From: the human T2T-CHM13v2.0 reference genome, Homo sapiens
Reading direction: 5' to 3' (one strand)
Length of the DNA: 64,000 nt
Assembly (NCBI RefSeq): GCF_009914755.1
Contig: NC_060928.1
Below, in pieces: positions 17,256-34,440 of this stretch. The notes below the pieces were generated by a model that saw nothing but the letters and a program-made list of their open reading frames with translations, was not told where the DNA came from and searched no databases. Positions within the stretch are counted from its first letter, which is position 1. Each line of letters starts with the position of its first letter. A program made the position numbers and the translations under genes.

Positions 17256-19131
17256 TATATAGTTTTTTAGTCAGAAATTTTTTTTTTATTTATGGAAGAA
17301 GACATGCATTTCCAAGTTATTAAATATACACTATTGGACTCAAGAGTAGCATTCCTAGAAGCTGTAGCTACAAATACTTCAAGAATGTGCTGTTAAAACC
17401 AAGGTATAAAAAAATCAAGCCAGTAAAATTTTCCAATCAAGTTGAAGTATTATGCCTAACTCTGTAAAGTTGTCATCATTAACTAGACATATTTGTTTTA
17501 TGACTACTCTTGAATACTATGATATATAATCTAACTCTGAAGCCTAGTTAGATAAGAAGGGTGTTCAGTTTAACATATTTCTGGGAAAATACAGAAAGCA
17601 TATATGAAAATTTAGGCTTGTGACATTAGACTTTCTTTTGAAATATAATAATAATAATCTATAGTAAGAGGTACAATTACATGTACTTATAAATGAATTT
17701 TATAAATTTTTAAAATTATACTATTGCACATTAAATATTTCAAAATAGAGTTGTCACTGTTTTATTAAAATGCAGTCTTTTATATTCAGTATGAATCTAG
17801 AAAAAATGTTATTTAAAGTCATAATTATTAATTATCCCATTTTCTGCTCCTTTACAGTATTTGAATAATTAGCCAGCCATCACAGTAACTTAGTATCCTT
17901 GATTAGTAAAAAATCCCTGATTAAAAGCTACATTGCTTTTAATGTAAATTGTTGTTACAAAATCAATGCCTCTTACTTCTAATGAAATGAGTTAATGGAT
18001 TTCAGCATGGGAAAAAACTTGAAATATATTACATACAAACTATTCAGATTCTCATTTAAATAATGGATTATCTGATTAGCAATGACCAGAGAAAACCTAT
18101 CAAGAAGACTGCCTAGAAAGTAAACCTGACATAATAAAATTGCTCAACTTCCGTCACCTTCCAGCTCATGATTGGTAGGTAAAAATACAGTTAGGCAGAA
18201 CTCTGATGAAATTAGAAATCATTTTAATTAACTTCTTGGTGAAGGTTTGGTTCTAATCTTTAAAGTTAAGATATTAGGATAATCAAGGAATTCACAAACT
18301 CTCATATTTACTGTTCTTCATTTGACTTTGGAATTTAATTATTAAATTTATCTGATGATTTAGTGAATAATGCTAATGATATTGATAAATAATTGAAGTG
18401 ATTTTTGTGTCTGACTATTTTTAATCTCAAGAGTTAGGGATAGGGCCAAATTATTTCTAGAAATCATTGCAGCTTAAACATTATATAATTCTCTGACAAT
18501 GTGAGAATATTAATTTTCACCTTTTGCTTCCCAGGAGAACAACAGAACATGAAAAAATTAGAAAATTATTTCTAAAAAACTTATACTGATGATAAAATCA
18601 ATTGATTTATACCATTATTTTCTTAAGGTTAATTTCAGGTATATGATACACATAAACATTAAAATGAAAAAACAAGCATGTAAAGCAAGTAAAAATTTTA
18701 AATCAAAATAAATCATGTAATACAGATATAATTCTTAAATGTATTTAGCACATTTTAATGTTTCCAGTGTTTTGTCTCCAAAATATTTCACCATATTAAA
18801 TTAAATTATCCTCAATATAATCTGTTATAAATTGTATTTTAGGAAGAAAGATTCTTAATTCATCCAAGTATTATTACTAAAACATATTAGGATTTAATAT
18901 AATTAAATTTTAACGTATCTTTTTTTATTATACTTTAACTTTTAGGGTACATGTGCACAACGTGTAGGTTAGTTACATATGTATACATGTGCCACGTTGG
19001 TGTGCTGCACCCGTTAACTCGTCATTTAACATTAGGTATATCTCCTAATGCTATCCCTCCCCCCTCCCCCCACCCCACAACAGTCCCCAGAGTGTGATGT
19101 TCCCCTTCCTGTGTCCATGTGTTCTCATTGT

Positions 19132-22953
<3,822 letters not shown>

Positions 22954-23016
22954 TATGGTGTTAGCTGGTTATTTTGCTCGTTAGTTGATGCAGTTTCTTC
23001 CTAGACTCGATGGTCT

Positions 23017-24028
23017 TTACAATTTGGCATGTTTTTGTAGTGGCTGGTACCAGTTGTTCCTTTCCATGTTTAGTGCTTCCTTCAGGAGCTCTTGTAGAGC
23101 AGGCCTGGTGGTGACAAAATCTCTCAGGATTTGCTTGTCTGTAAAGTATTTTATTTCTCCTTCACTTACGAAGCTTAGTTTGGCTTGATATGAAATTCTG
23201 GGTTGAAAATTCTTTAAGTATGTTGAATATTGGCCCCCACTCTCTTCTGGCTTGTAGAGTTTCTGCCGAGAGATTCATTGTTAGACTGATGGGCTTCCCT
23301 TTGTGGGTAACCCGACCTTTCTCTCTGGGTGCCCTTAACATTTTTTCCTTCATTTCAATTTTGGTGAATCTGACAATTATGTGTCTTGGAGTTGCTCTTC
23401 TCAAGGAGTATCTTTGTGGCGTTCTCTGTATTTCCTGAATTTGAATGTTGGCCTGCCTTGCTAGATTGGGGAAGTTCTCCTGGATAATATCCTGCAGAGG
23501 GTTTTCCAACTTGGTTCCATTCTCCCCATCACTTTCTGGTACACCAATCAGATGTAGATTTGGTCTTTTCACGTAGTCCCATGTTTCTTGGAGGCTTTGT
23601 TTGTTTCTTTTTATTCTTTTCTCTCCAATCTTCTCTTCTCACTTCTTTTCATTCATTTGATCTTCCATCACTGATACCCTTTCTTCCACTTGATCGAATC
23701 GGCTACTGAGGCTTGTGCATTCGTCATGTAGTTCTCGTGTCTTGGTTTTCAGCTCCATCACGTCCTTTAAGGACTTCTCTGCATTGGTTATTCTAGTTAT
23801 CCATTCATCTAATTTTTTTTCAAAGTTTTTGACTTCTTTGCCATGGGTTAGGACTTCATCCTTTGACTCAGAGTAGTTTAATCGTTTGAAGCCTTCTTCT
23901 CTCAACTCATCAAAGTCATTCTCCATCCAGCTTTGTTCCATTGGTGGTGAGGAGCTGCGTTCCTTTGGAGGAGGAGAGGCACTTGGATTTTCAGAGTTTC
24001 CAGTTTTTCTGCTCTGTTTTTTCCCCAT
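23017..24028 (-). pseudogene. L1 ORF1p, disrupted
   Basis: MGKKQSRKTGNS... (23639..24028) and KRPNLHLIGVPESDGENG... (23162..23572) are separate ORFs. Confidence 0.95.
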
Positions 24029-24603
24029 CTTTGTGGTTTTATCTACCTTTGGTCTTTGATGATGGTGACGTACAGATGGGGTTTTGGTGTGGATGTCCTT
24101 TCTGTTTGTTAGTTTTCCTTCTCACAGTCAGGACCCTCAGCTGCAGGTCTGTTGGACTTTGCTGGAGGTCCACTCCAGACCCTGTTTGCCTGGGTATCAG
24201 CAGCGGAGGCTGCAGAACAGCGGATATTGGTGAACAGCAAATGTTGCTGCCTGAGCGTTCCTCTGGAAGTTTTATCTCGGAGGAGTACCCGGCCGTGTGA
24301 GGTGTCAGTCTGCCCCTACTGAGGGGTGCCTCCCAGTTAGGCTACTCGGGGGTCAGGGACCCACTTGAGGAGGCAGTCTGCCCATTCTCAGATCTCCAGC
24401 TGCTTGCTGGGAGAACCATTACTCTCTTCAAAGCTGTCAGACAGGGACATTTAAGTCTGCAGAGGATTCTGCTGCCTTTTGTCTGGCTATGTCCTGCCCC
24501 CAGAGGTGGAGTCTACAGAGGCAGGCAGGCCTCCTTGAGCTGCCGTGGGCTCCACCCAGTTCGAGCTTCCCGGCCGCTTTGTTTACCTACTCAAGCCTTG
24601 GCA

Positions 24604-24786
24604 ATGGTGGGCGCCCCTCCACCAGCCTGGCTGCTGCCTTGCAGTTTGATCTCAGACTGCTGTGCTAGCAATGAGCGAGGCTCCATGGGCGTAGGACCCT
24701 CCAAGTCATGCACGGCATATAATCTCCTGGTGTGCCATTTGCTAAGACCATTGGAAAAGTGCAGTATTAGGGTGGGAGTGACCTGA
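24604..24786 (+). CDS. L1 ORF0 homolog (antisense ORF in the 5' UTR), shortened by a premature stop
   Basis: MVGAPPPAWLLPCSLISDCCASNERGSMGVGPS...IRVGVT* resembles primate L1 ORF0; the TGA probably arose from CGA by CpG decay. Confidence 0.7.
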   Translation: MVGAPPPAWLLPCSLISDCCASNERGSMGVGPSKSCTAYNLLVCHLLRPLEKCSIRVGVT

Positions 24787-25687
24787 TTTTCCAGGTGCCG
24801 TCTGTCAACCCTTTCTTTGACTAGGAAAGGGAATTCCCTGATGCCTTGCACTTTCCGGGTGAGGCGATGCCTCGCCCTGCTTCAGCTCATGCTCGGTGCA
24901 CTGCAACCACTGTCCTACACCGACTTTCTGACACTCCCCAGTGAGATGAACCTGGTACCTCAGTTGGAAATGCAGAAATCACCTGTCTTCTGTGTCGCTC
25001 ACGCTGGGAGCTGTAGACTGGAGCTGTTCCTCGTCCGACATATCATTTTAATTGTATTGATGATGAATACTCAATAAGAATCTACAAAATTGTTTACTTC
25101 CTTGACTTTTTAAAATTTTTTTTGAGATTTTATCGTGATATGGCATCTTGTATTAAGTAGAACTAAATTTGTTATTCCTTACTCTCCTACCCATCCCAAT
25201 CGTCAGTTATGATTAATTACAATAATCAGAAAATTTACAATAGAATAAAATTCTTAAATTTTAGTTTCTTACAAAGTATAAGCAGAAATCTTTTTATGAT
25301 TAATTGGGCAATGTTATAGTGAGATCAATGACAAAAGCAATATTGCCTAGGTGTTTTAAATAAAACTAATATCTTTAATATCTTGGAAATGTGAGCCTTA
25401 TTAATATCACAGTCTAAACACAAAATTTGGACAATTCCAGAAGTCATTTCATTTCTTGGTTTCAATTTTCATATCTATCACAATTTTTTCTATTTTTCCA
25501 CTTTTCTCATTGTTCACTTTTTGAATAATGATATATTTTTATGTCTGTGTTTTCAATACATTATTTTATTAAATTGAGTAACTATAATTAGTATATCATA
25601 TTAAATATTTTTCCTAAAATACATTTAAATTATTAATAGAAGATAGATGGAAAATTATATATTTCTTTAAATTGGGATTCTTTAAAC

Positions 25688-25901
25688 AGTATTATTGGTG
25701 TTTGGTCTGGATAATTCTTACTGAGGAGGGCTGCCCTGTGCATTGCAAGACACTTAGTAGGACCTCTGTCCTCCACTCACTAGATGTCAGTAGTGCCCTT
25801 TTGTCTCCCCATTTCTGAAGCTGTGACCACCAAAAATGTTTCCATATATTGCCAGATGTCCTCTGAGGGGCAAAATAGTGGTCTCTGTTTGAGAAGCACT
25901 G
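25688..25901 (-). mobile_element. MER20 (hAT-Charlie) DNA transposon relic
   Basis: ggctgccctgtgcattg...cactagatgtcagtag...ccaaaaatgtttcca...gaggggcaaaat...tgagaagcactg. Confidence 0.85.
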
Positions 25902-26155
25902 CTTGAAACCAATGTAATAAGTTCTAATAAAGTTTCCCCAAATTATTGCAAGTTAATGTCTTGGAATACTACAGTGTAAACAAAAGAAGTAAATAATAAA
26001 ATCTTTATTTTAATAAGTTATTTACTGCAAGTCTCCTAAAGGTGAAGTAAAAAGTGTGACCCCTGTGGAGGTACATTGCACTCCAAAACAACTACTTGAG
26101 TTTTCTAATTAATATGAGCAGAAATCTGGGGTGACATATGTGGGAATGGATATTA

Positions 26156-26470
<315 letters not shown>

Positions 26471-27424
26471 AGACTGAGATAATGGTGGTAACTACTAACG
26501 TAATGTTGGATCATGCCAAATTTATCGATATGCACCCACTAAGAAGGGATCCTGAATTTAATGTTACAGCTTGAGGAGTTAAAAAAAGGCACTAATAGTT
26601 TTTTTGTTTGGTTGGCTGAGACAGCCCACCGTGAGTTAGCTAGAGATTCCTGATCTTCCTTGGTTTAACGTAGAAGAAATAATTCAAAAGTTTATAGAGA
26701 TTAGAATGCTAGAATGAATTTGTCACATGAAACCTGCTCACCCAAACTGGGAGAGTACAGAAGTTATACCTTTCAACTGTACTTTGTGAAATAGATTTAT
26801 GAGAGGAGCATCAGCATCCTGGAAGAGCTCTGTGATTGCTCTTCTTCATATGCCAGACCTTATATAACACAGATTCTCAATTGGAAGACTTGCAAGGGGA
26901 ATAATTGAATCCTGGAGCTACGGGGCCAAGTGGTGGCATTCAACCACTAAAGCAAGTTGAGAGTAGCTACTATAATGGACAGCAGAGATAAAGTGAGAGT
27001 CACGATAGTCTAATTTGTTTTGACATGTGGTGTTGGCTAATCACCGTGTTCCTAGAAGTGAAATAGCAGGAAAGCCTACTACATTCTTTCTTGATCCATA
27101 TAAGCAAAAAACTTCCATGTTCTGTTAATAGAAGTCTAACTTGATCCATAAAAACAGAATCATAGCCACCCCAATCAATGCCCAGACTTAAGTCAATTTA
27201 CAGACCCAGAACCCCTTGAATGAAATGTAGGTCAGGGCTCCTTGAGGAAAGACCCTGATACACTACAGATAATTTATACTGTTAATCTTTCTCCCATCCT
27301 TCCCCAAAGGTAATTGTGTATTGGAGAAGGGGAAATAATCAGACTTTTCAGAGACTAGTGGACATTGACTGTGAACTGCCATTGATTCAAGGAGACCTAA
27401 ACTGTCATTGTGGCTGTCCAGTTT

Positions 27425-28511
27425 TGTTGCGGGAAGTCAGGGACCCCGAATGGAGGGACCAGCTGAAGCCATGGCAGAGGAATATAAATTGTGAAGATTT
27501 CATGGACATTTATCAGTTCCCAAACAATAATTTTATGTTTTCTTATGCCTGTCTTACTTTAATCTCTTAATCCTGTTATCTTCCTAAGCTGAGGATGTAC
27601 ATCACCTCAGGACCACTGTGATAATTGTGTTAACTGTAGAAATTGATTGTAAAACATGTGTGTTTGAACAATATGAAATCAGTGCACCTTGAAAAAGAAC
27701 AGAATAACAGCAATTTTTAAGGAACAAGGGAAGACAACCATAAAATCTGACTGCCTGCAGGGTCGGGCAGAAAGAGCCATATTTTTCTTCTTGCAGAGAT
27801 CCTATAAACTGACATGCAAGCAGGAGAGATATCACTAAATGCTTTTTCCTAGCAAGGAATATTAATATGAATACCCTAGGAAAGGAATGCATTTCCTGGG
27901 GGAGGTCTATAAACGGCCACTCTGGGAGTGTCTGTCCTATGCAGTTGAGATAAGGACTAAGATACACCCTGGTCTCCTGCAGTACCCCCAGGCTTACTAG
28001 GGTGGGGAAAAACTCCACCCTGATAAATTTGTGGTCAGACCAGTTCTCTGTTCTCAAAACCTGTTTTCTGTTGTTTAAGATGTTTATCAAGACAATAAGT
28101 GCACTGCTGAACAAAGACCCTTATCCGTAGTTCTGCTTTTGCCCTTTGCCTTGTGATCTTTGTTGGACCCTTATCAGTAGTTCTGCTTTTGTCCTTTTTC
28201 CTGTTCCCTCAGAAGCATGTGATCTTTGTTAGACCATTATTAGTAGTTCTGCTTTTTGCCCTTTGAAGCATGTGATCTTTGTACCTACTCCCTGTTCTTA
28301 AACCTCCTCCGCTTTTGAAATCCTTAATAAAAACTTGCTGGTCTGAGACTCAGGCAGGCATCACAGTCTTACCAATATGTGATGTCACCCCTGGCGGCCC
28401 AGCTGTAAAATTTCTCTCTTTATACTGTCTCTCTTTATTTCTCAGCTGGCTGACACTTATGGAAAATAGAAAGAACCTATGTTGAAATATTGGGGGGATG
28501 TTCCCCCAACA
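27425..28511 (+). mobile_element. MER11 solo LTR (HERV-K11/HML-8)
   Basis: Start tgttgcgggaagtcagggaccccgaa and end ttcccccaaca; aataaa near 28326; 6-bp TSD cagttt/cagctt. Confidence 0.93.
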
Positions 28512-28964
28512 CAGCTTGAAAAGAAGCTCACAGAGGTCAGGTGATTCATGGAGTTTAGCTCAGATTTGACTTACAGTAGGTCCAATGGTGTCCTGATTGT
28601 ATCCTGTGATCATTTCCCCAGTTCCAGATGCATAATGGGAATAGACATACTTTGCAGCTGGCAGAATTCCATCACAGATACCCCTAACCTGTGGAGTGGA
28701 CACTATTGTGATGGGAAAGGCCAAATGGAAGCTATTAGAGCCTCCTCTACACAGGAAAATGGTAAATCACAAACAATATTGCATCTAGGGAGAGATTTCA
28801 GAGATTAGTACCACCATCAATGACATGAAAGATGCAGGACTGGTAATTCCCCACATACCCTTTAACTCTCTTATTTAACCTGTGCAGAAGGCAGATGGAT
28901 ATTGGAGAATGACAGCAGATTATCATAAGCTTAACTAAATAGTGACTCCAATTGTAACTGTGCA

Positions 28965-29239
28965 ATTTCCAGTGTCCAAAAACCAAATAACCTAGAGTCT
29001 GAAGAGCAGAGAGAAAGAGAGTAAATCCTCATTCTTCTACCTGTTTTGTCTCAGCTGAGCCCCCAGCCCATTGGATAGTGGCCATGCACATTGTGGGTAG
29101 GGTTTCTCTCAACGTCCATTGACTCGCATGTCAATCTCCTCAGGAAAGACCCTCACAGGAACACCCAGGAACAATGCTTTGCTAGACATCTAGGCATCCC
29201 TTAATCCAATAAAGCTGACACCTAAAATTAAGCATCACA
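28965..29239 (-). mobile_element. MLT2 (MLT2C-like) LTR, 5' portion
   Basis: Reverse complement starts tgtgatgcttaattttaggtgtcagctttattggattaagggatgcc, an MLT2 5' terminus. Confidence 0.85.
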
Positions 29240-29640
29240 CCCAATATTACATTCCCATTTCCTGCAAAAAAAATAGTAACTACTTTAAATACCTTATCTC
29301 ATTATGACACTATTCACCACATGCTATCATATTAAAAGGCAATGCTACCTGATCCAAATATTTTGATTTAGCAAAAGAATAATATGTTAGTTATTTTTTT
29401 TCCTGAGAAGACACTGAGACATTGTTAACAGCTCAAGCCTCTTGTTTGGAGTAACTTGTAAAAAGATCAAGGGATAGAGGAACATACAAAGAAAAGCTTA
29501 TACAGCTTATCCACTATTGGTGGGAATGTAAATTAGTTCAGCCACTGTGGAAAATATTTTGGAGAGTTTTCAAAGAACTTAAAACAGAGCTACCATTTGA
29601 CCCAGTAATCCCATAAATGAGTGTAACTCGGTATATACCC

Positions 29641-30119
29641 TGTGATGGTTAACACTGAGTATCAACTTGATTGGATTGAAGGATGCAAAATGTTGATCCT
29701 GGGTGTGTCTGTTAGGGTGTTGCCAAATGAAATTAACGTTTGAATCAGTGGGCTGGGAAAGGCAGACCCATTCTTAGTCTGGATGGGCACCATCCAATCA
29801 GCTGCTAGCACAGCCAGATATAAAGCAGACAGAAAAACATGGAAAAGGTAGACTGACTTAGCCTCCCAGCCTGTATCTTTCTCCTGTGCTGCATGTTTCC
29901 TGCCCTCGAACATTGGACTACAGATTCTTAAGCTTTGGGACTTGGACTGGCTTCTTTGCTCCTCAGCTTGCAGATGGCCTATTGTTAGACCTTGTGATAA
30001 TGTGTGTTAATACTACTTAATAAACTCCCCTATACATATATATGTGTGTGTGTTGTATATATATGTTATATATCTTACTTTTATTTGTTCTTTCCCTGTA
30101 GGGAACTCTGACTAATACA
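29641..30119 (+). mobile_element. MLT2A 5' LTR
   Basis: tgtgatggttaacactgag...aataaa, TA/TG microsatellite, ...ctgactaataca. Confidence 0.93.
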
Positions 30120-33100
30120 GATTTTGGTACCAGGAGTGGTTCTAGAGGAACAGAATATTAAGGACTGAATTCTTCCATTGGTTTGGGGGTTTCTGGAGTT
30201 GACTGCTGAATATGAATGGACCCAAACATGTTAAGGACTCTACTTCTCATACTAGGGAGAATACTGATAGTCCTTGACATGAACTGTTTGGAGAGTTATG
30301 CAAAATAAATACATATGACACTCCTGATTCACCACTTGTGAGAGGCAAGGAGTTTAGTGACTTTATACATACTACCTTTTATGATATGTGGAAAGCCAAG
30401 GAACATAATGAAGTGGTCAGTTGCTCCTAAGTTTGCTGGACAAAGTGATGAAAGAAAATAATGAACTCAGGGATTCTAACTCTCGGCTTCACTAGCAGAC
30501 ATAGAGGCTCAAATCTGCTAAGATTGCCCTGTGTGTGAGTCTTATCTCCTGTAGAGAAAGCTGAAATTGTGGAAAAACAGACATAAGCTCTTATCATGCT
30601 AGTGGCTGGCCTGCAATGAAAGGTGCATGCACAGCCTCACCAGGTGCCTACTGTTAAAATGAGGGCATTGATTGGAAAAGAATGGGGTCCTGCAACTTAG
30701 AATGGGATGTGTTGGAGGACTCTGATGATGCTGGGGACACTGAGCTTGTAAACTCTGATGAACCATTTTTTAAGAAGAAACACCTTTCCCATCCCCAGTC
30801 CTGGCAACATCCCATCCCAGACCCATGCTGCCATCAGCCTTTCCACCTTTGTCTGAGGAGATAAACCCTGCACTGCCTGAGGCAAGAGTGATGGCCTCCC
30901 CTGAGGCAGTTTCCAGGCAAGATATTGTTGATTCTTCTCAGGAGCCACCCCAACACCCTTGTTTACTTCTAGATCTATAACTAGACTGAAGTCCTGGAAG
31001 GCCCCTAGAGGTGAAGTTCAGAGTGTGACCTATAAGGAGGTGCACTACACTTGAAATGAACTGCTTGAGTTTTCTAATTTATATAAGCAGAAATCTGGAG
31101 AACAGATGTGGAATGGATATTAAGGTGTGGGATAATTATGGAATGAACAGAGAGTTGGATCAGGCTGAATGTATTGACTTTGGCCCACTAAGTAGGGATT
31201 CTGCATTTAATGTTGCAGTTTGGGGAGTTAAAAAAGGTTCTAATAGTTTATTTGCTTAGTTAGCTGAAATATGGATTAAAAGATGGCCCACTGTGTGTGA
31301 GCTTGAAAAGCCTGATCTCCCTGGATTTAATGTAGGATAAGGGATCCAAAGGCTTAGAGAGATTGGGATGGTGGAGTGGATTAGTCACTTTAGACCTACT
31401 CATCTCAGCTGGGAGGGTCCAGAAGATATACCCTTGACCAATGCTTCGCAAAATAGATTTGTGAGGGCAGCACCTGCATCTATGAACAGCCCTGAAATTG
31501 CTCTTCTCTGTATGTCAGATCTAACAATGGGAACCATGGTCACTCAACTACAAAATTTAAATACAATGGGAATAATTGGATTCCAAGATGGCAGGGGCCA
31601 AGTGGCAGCACTCAAACGTCAAAGGCAAGGTGGGTGTAGCTACCATAATGGACAGCAGAGGCAAAGCAGCAATCAGAATAGTCTGACTCGTGTAGAACTC
31701 TGGCCATTGGCTGATTAATTACAGTGTTCCTAGAAGTAAAACTGATAGGAAGCCTACTACATTCCTACTAAATTTACATAAGCAGAAAATTTCCAGATTA
31801 ATTTCCAAATTAATCAGGCAAAGATTAATTTGAATATAAAAACAGAGAATCATGGCCCCTCAATCAATTTCTTGACTTGAGCCAGTTTACAGACCCAGAA
31901 AGAAGAGGAGACTGAGTCCCCTTGAGAAAAGACCCCACTACACTGCCAACACTTTATGCTGTTAATCATTCACCCATCCTTCCCTTTGGAGAACTCCAGC
32001 CTTGTACCAGGGTAACTGTGCACTGGGGAAAGGGAAATGATCAGACATTTTGAGGACTAGTGGGCACTGACTCTGATCTGGAATAGACACTTACTCCGGA
32101 TATGGGTTTGCCTATCTTGCACGCAATGCTTCTCTCAAGACTACCAATCTGTGGGTTCACAGAATTCTTTATCCACTGTCATGGTATTCCACAAAGCATT
32201 GCCTCTTACCAGGCACTCAGTTTATGGCTAAAGTAGTGCAGCAGTGGGCTCATGCTCATGGAATTTACTGGTCTTGCCATGTTCACCATCATTCCAAAGC
32301 AGTTTGATTGACAGAACAGTGGAATGGCCTTTTGAAGTCACAATTACAATGCCAACTAGGTTACAATACTTTGAAGAGCTGGGGCAAAGTTCTCCAGAAG
32401 GCCATGTATGCTCTGAATCAGCGTCCAATATATGGTACTCTTTCTCCCATAGCCAGGATTCCCGGGTCCACGAATCAAGGGGTGGAAGTAGAAGTGACAC
32501 CACTCACCATCACCCCTGTGATCCACTAGCAAAGTTTTTGCTTCCTGTTTTCCAACATTATGTTCTGCTGGCCTACAGATCTTAGTACCAGAGGGAGGAA
32601 CACTGTCACCAGGAGACACAACAATGATTCTATTAAACTGGAAGTTAAGATTGCCGTCTGGACCCTTTGGGCTTCTCCTACCTTTATGTCAACAGGCTAA
32701 GGAGGGAGTTACAGTGTTGGCTAGGGTGATTGACCCGGACTGTCAAGATGAAATCAATCTACTACTCCACAATGGAGGTAAGGAAGAATATGCATAGAAT
32801 ACAGGACATCCATTGGAGTGTCTCTTAGTATTACCATGCCCTGTTATTAAGGTCAATGGGAAAATACAGCAGCCCAATCCCGGCAGGACTACAAATGGTC
32901 CAGATCCTTCAGGAATGAAGGTTTGGGTTACTCCACCAGAAAAAAACCACAATCTGCTTAGGTGCTTGCTAAGGCAAAGGGAATAATACAGAATGGGTAA
33001 TAGAAGAAGGCAATCATCAATACCAATTATGACCATGTGACAAGTTGCAAGAACTAGGGCTGCAATTGTCAGGAGTATTTCCTCTTTCTTTTGTTAAAAA

Positions 33101-33377
33101 CATGTTTGTGCATGTATACACTTGTACTAAGAAAATATCCTCATTTTTTTTCCTTTTTCCTTTATCATGTGACATAAAATTTATTGACTTAATATCAGCA
33201 TTTAAATTTTGTTATCTTTATATAATAGCATTTGGGTTAGATATTGGTGTGTTTCCAGTTGTACAAAGGATAGTTGTGTTATGTTAGGCACAATTATGAC
33301 CTTATTATTGTCTTTATTTGAAGATTACGTATGATCTCAGGAGATGTGTATGAGTTCAAGCTGACAAGGAGTGGACT

Positions 33378-33844
33378 CCTGAGGGTTAATACTGATTGTC
33401 AACTTGATTGGATTGAAGGATGCAAAGTATTGATCCTGGGTGTGTCTGTGAGGGTGTTTCCAGAGGAGACTGGCATTCAAATCAGTATGGGAAAGGTAGA
33501 ATCATTCTTAGACTGAGTGGGCACCATCTAATCAGCTGCCAGCACAGCCAGGTTATAAAGCAGGCAGAAAACCGTGAAAAGGCTAGACTGGCTTAGCCTC
33601 ACAGCCTACATCTTTCTCCCATACCGGATGTTTCTGCATTCAAACATCAGACTACGTTCTTCAGCTTTTGGACTCAAACTGGCTTCCTTGTTCTTAGTTT
33701 GCAGATGTTCTATTGTTAGACTTTGTGATCATGTGAGTCAATACTATGTAATAAACTCCTCTTTATGTATGTGTGTGTGTGTGCGTGTGTGTATATATAT
33801 ATATCATATTATTTCTGCTCCATTAGAGAATCCTGACTAATACA
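33378..33844 (+). mobile_element. MLT2A 3' LTR
   Basis: Direct repeat of 29641-30119, preceded by PPT-like aaggagtggact; ends ctgactaataca. Confidence 0.93.
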
Positions 33845-34440
33845 TACCCAAAAGAAAATAGATCATTCTACCAAAAAGACACATGGACTCTTATGTTTAC
33901 TATTGCATTAGTTCACAATACCAAAGATACAGAATCAACCCAAGTGCCCATCAATGGTATATTAAATAAAGAAAATGTGATATATATAGATTCTAGAATA
34001 CTATGCAGATATAAAAAAAGAATGAAATCATGTCCTTTGTGGCAACATGGATGGAGCTGGAGGCCATAACCCTACGCAAATTAACTCAGGAACAGGAAAG
34101 TAAATACCACATGTTCTCATTTATAAGTCATAGCTAAACATTGAGCACACATGGGCATAAACATGAGAAAAATAGATAATGTGGGCTACTAGGGGATGGA
34201 ATGGGGAGAGATGGGTTTAAAAACTACCTGTAGGGTACTATGCTCACTTCCTGGGTGATAGGATTTGTGTCCCAAACTTCAGTACCATGCAGTATTCTCA
34301 TGTAATAAATCTGTACATTTTCCCTGTTTCTAAAATGAAAGTTGAAAAAAATTAGAGGAAAGTTGATAAAAACTATATATCCCACATAAATAAAATGTTG
34401 AAAAACATGCAAAGTTGTATTAATAGATAGTTATCTGAAA

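Larger units (their letters stand above)
29641..33844 (+). mobile_element. HERV-L provirus with internal deletion
   Basis: Two MLT2A LTRs, exact 5-bp TSD taccc, PBS-like tggtaccaggagtgg after the 5' LTR, gag remnant (31368..31718), integrase remnant (EQWNGLLKSQL...YALNQRPIYG) and dUTPase-like GVTVLARVIDPDCQDEI. Confidence 0.95.
29503..34350 (+). mobile_element. L1PB-type 3' end split by the HERV-L provirus (pieces 29503-29640 and 33845-34350)
   Basis: gagctaccatttgacccagtaatccc...ggtatataccc resumes as tacccaaaagaaaatagatcattc and runs to aaatgaaagttgaaaaaa. Confidence 0.88.

Noticed and set aside
19054-19077. G-quadruplex-capable tract on the - strand
   Set aside because: A standard feature of the L1PA 3' UTR.
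27602-28114. 170-aa ORF on the - strand
   Set aside because: It lies antisense within the MER11 LTR and has no recognisable protein motif.
28115-28280. Three spaced repeats of gacccttatcagtagttctgctttt, superficially CRISPR-like
   Set aside because: They are internal tandem repeats of the MER11 LTR, with related spacers, in a eukaryotic context without cas genes.
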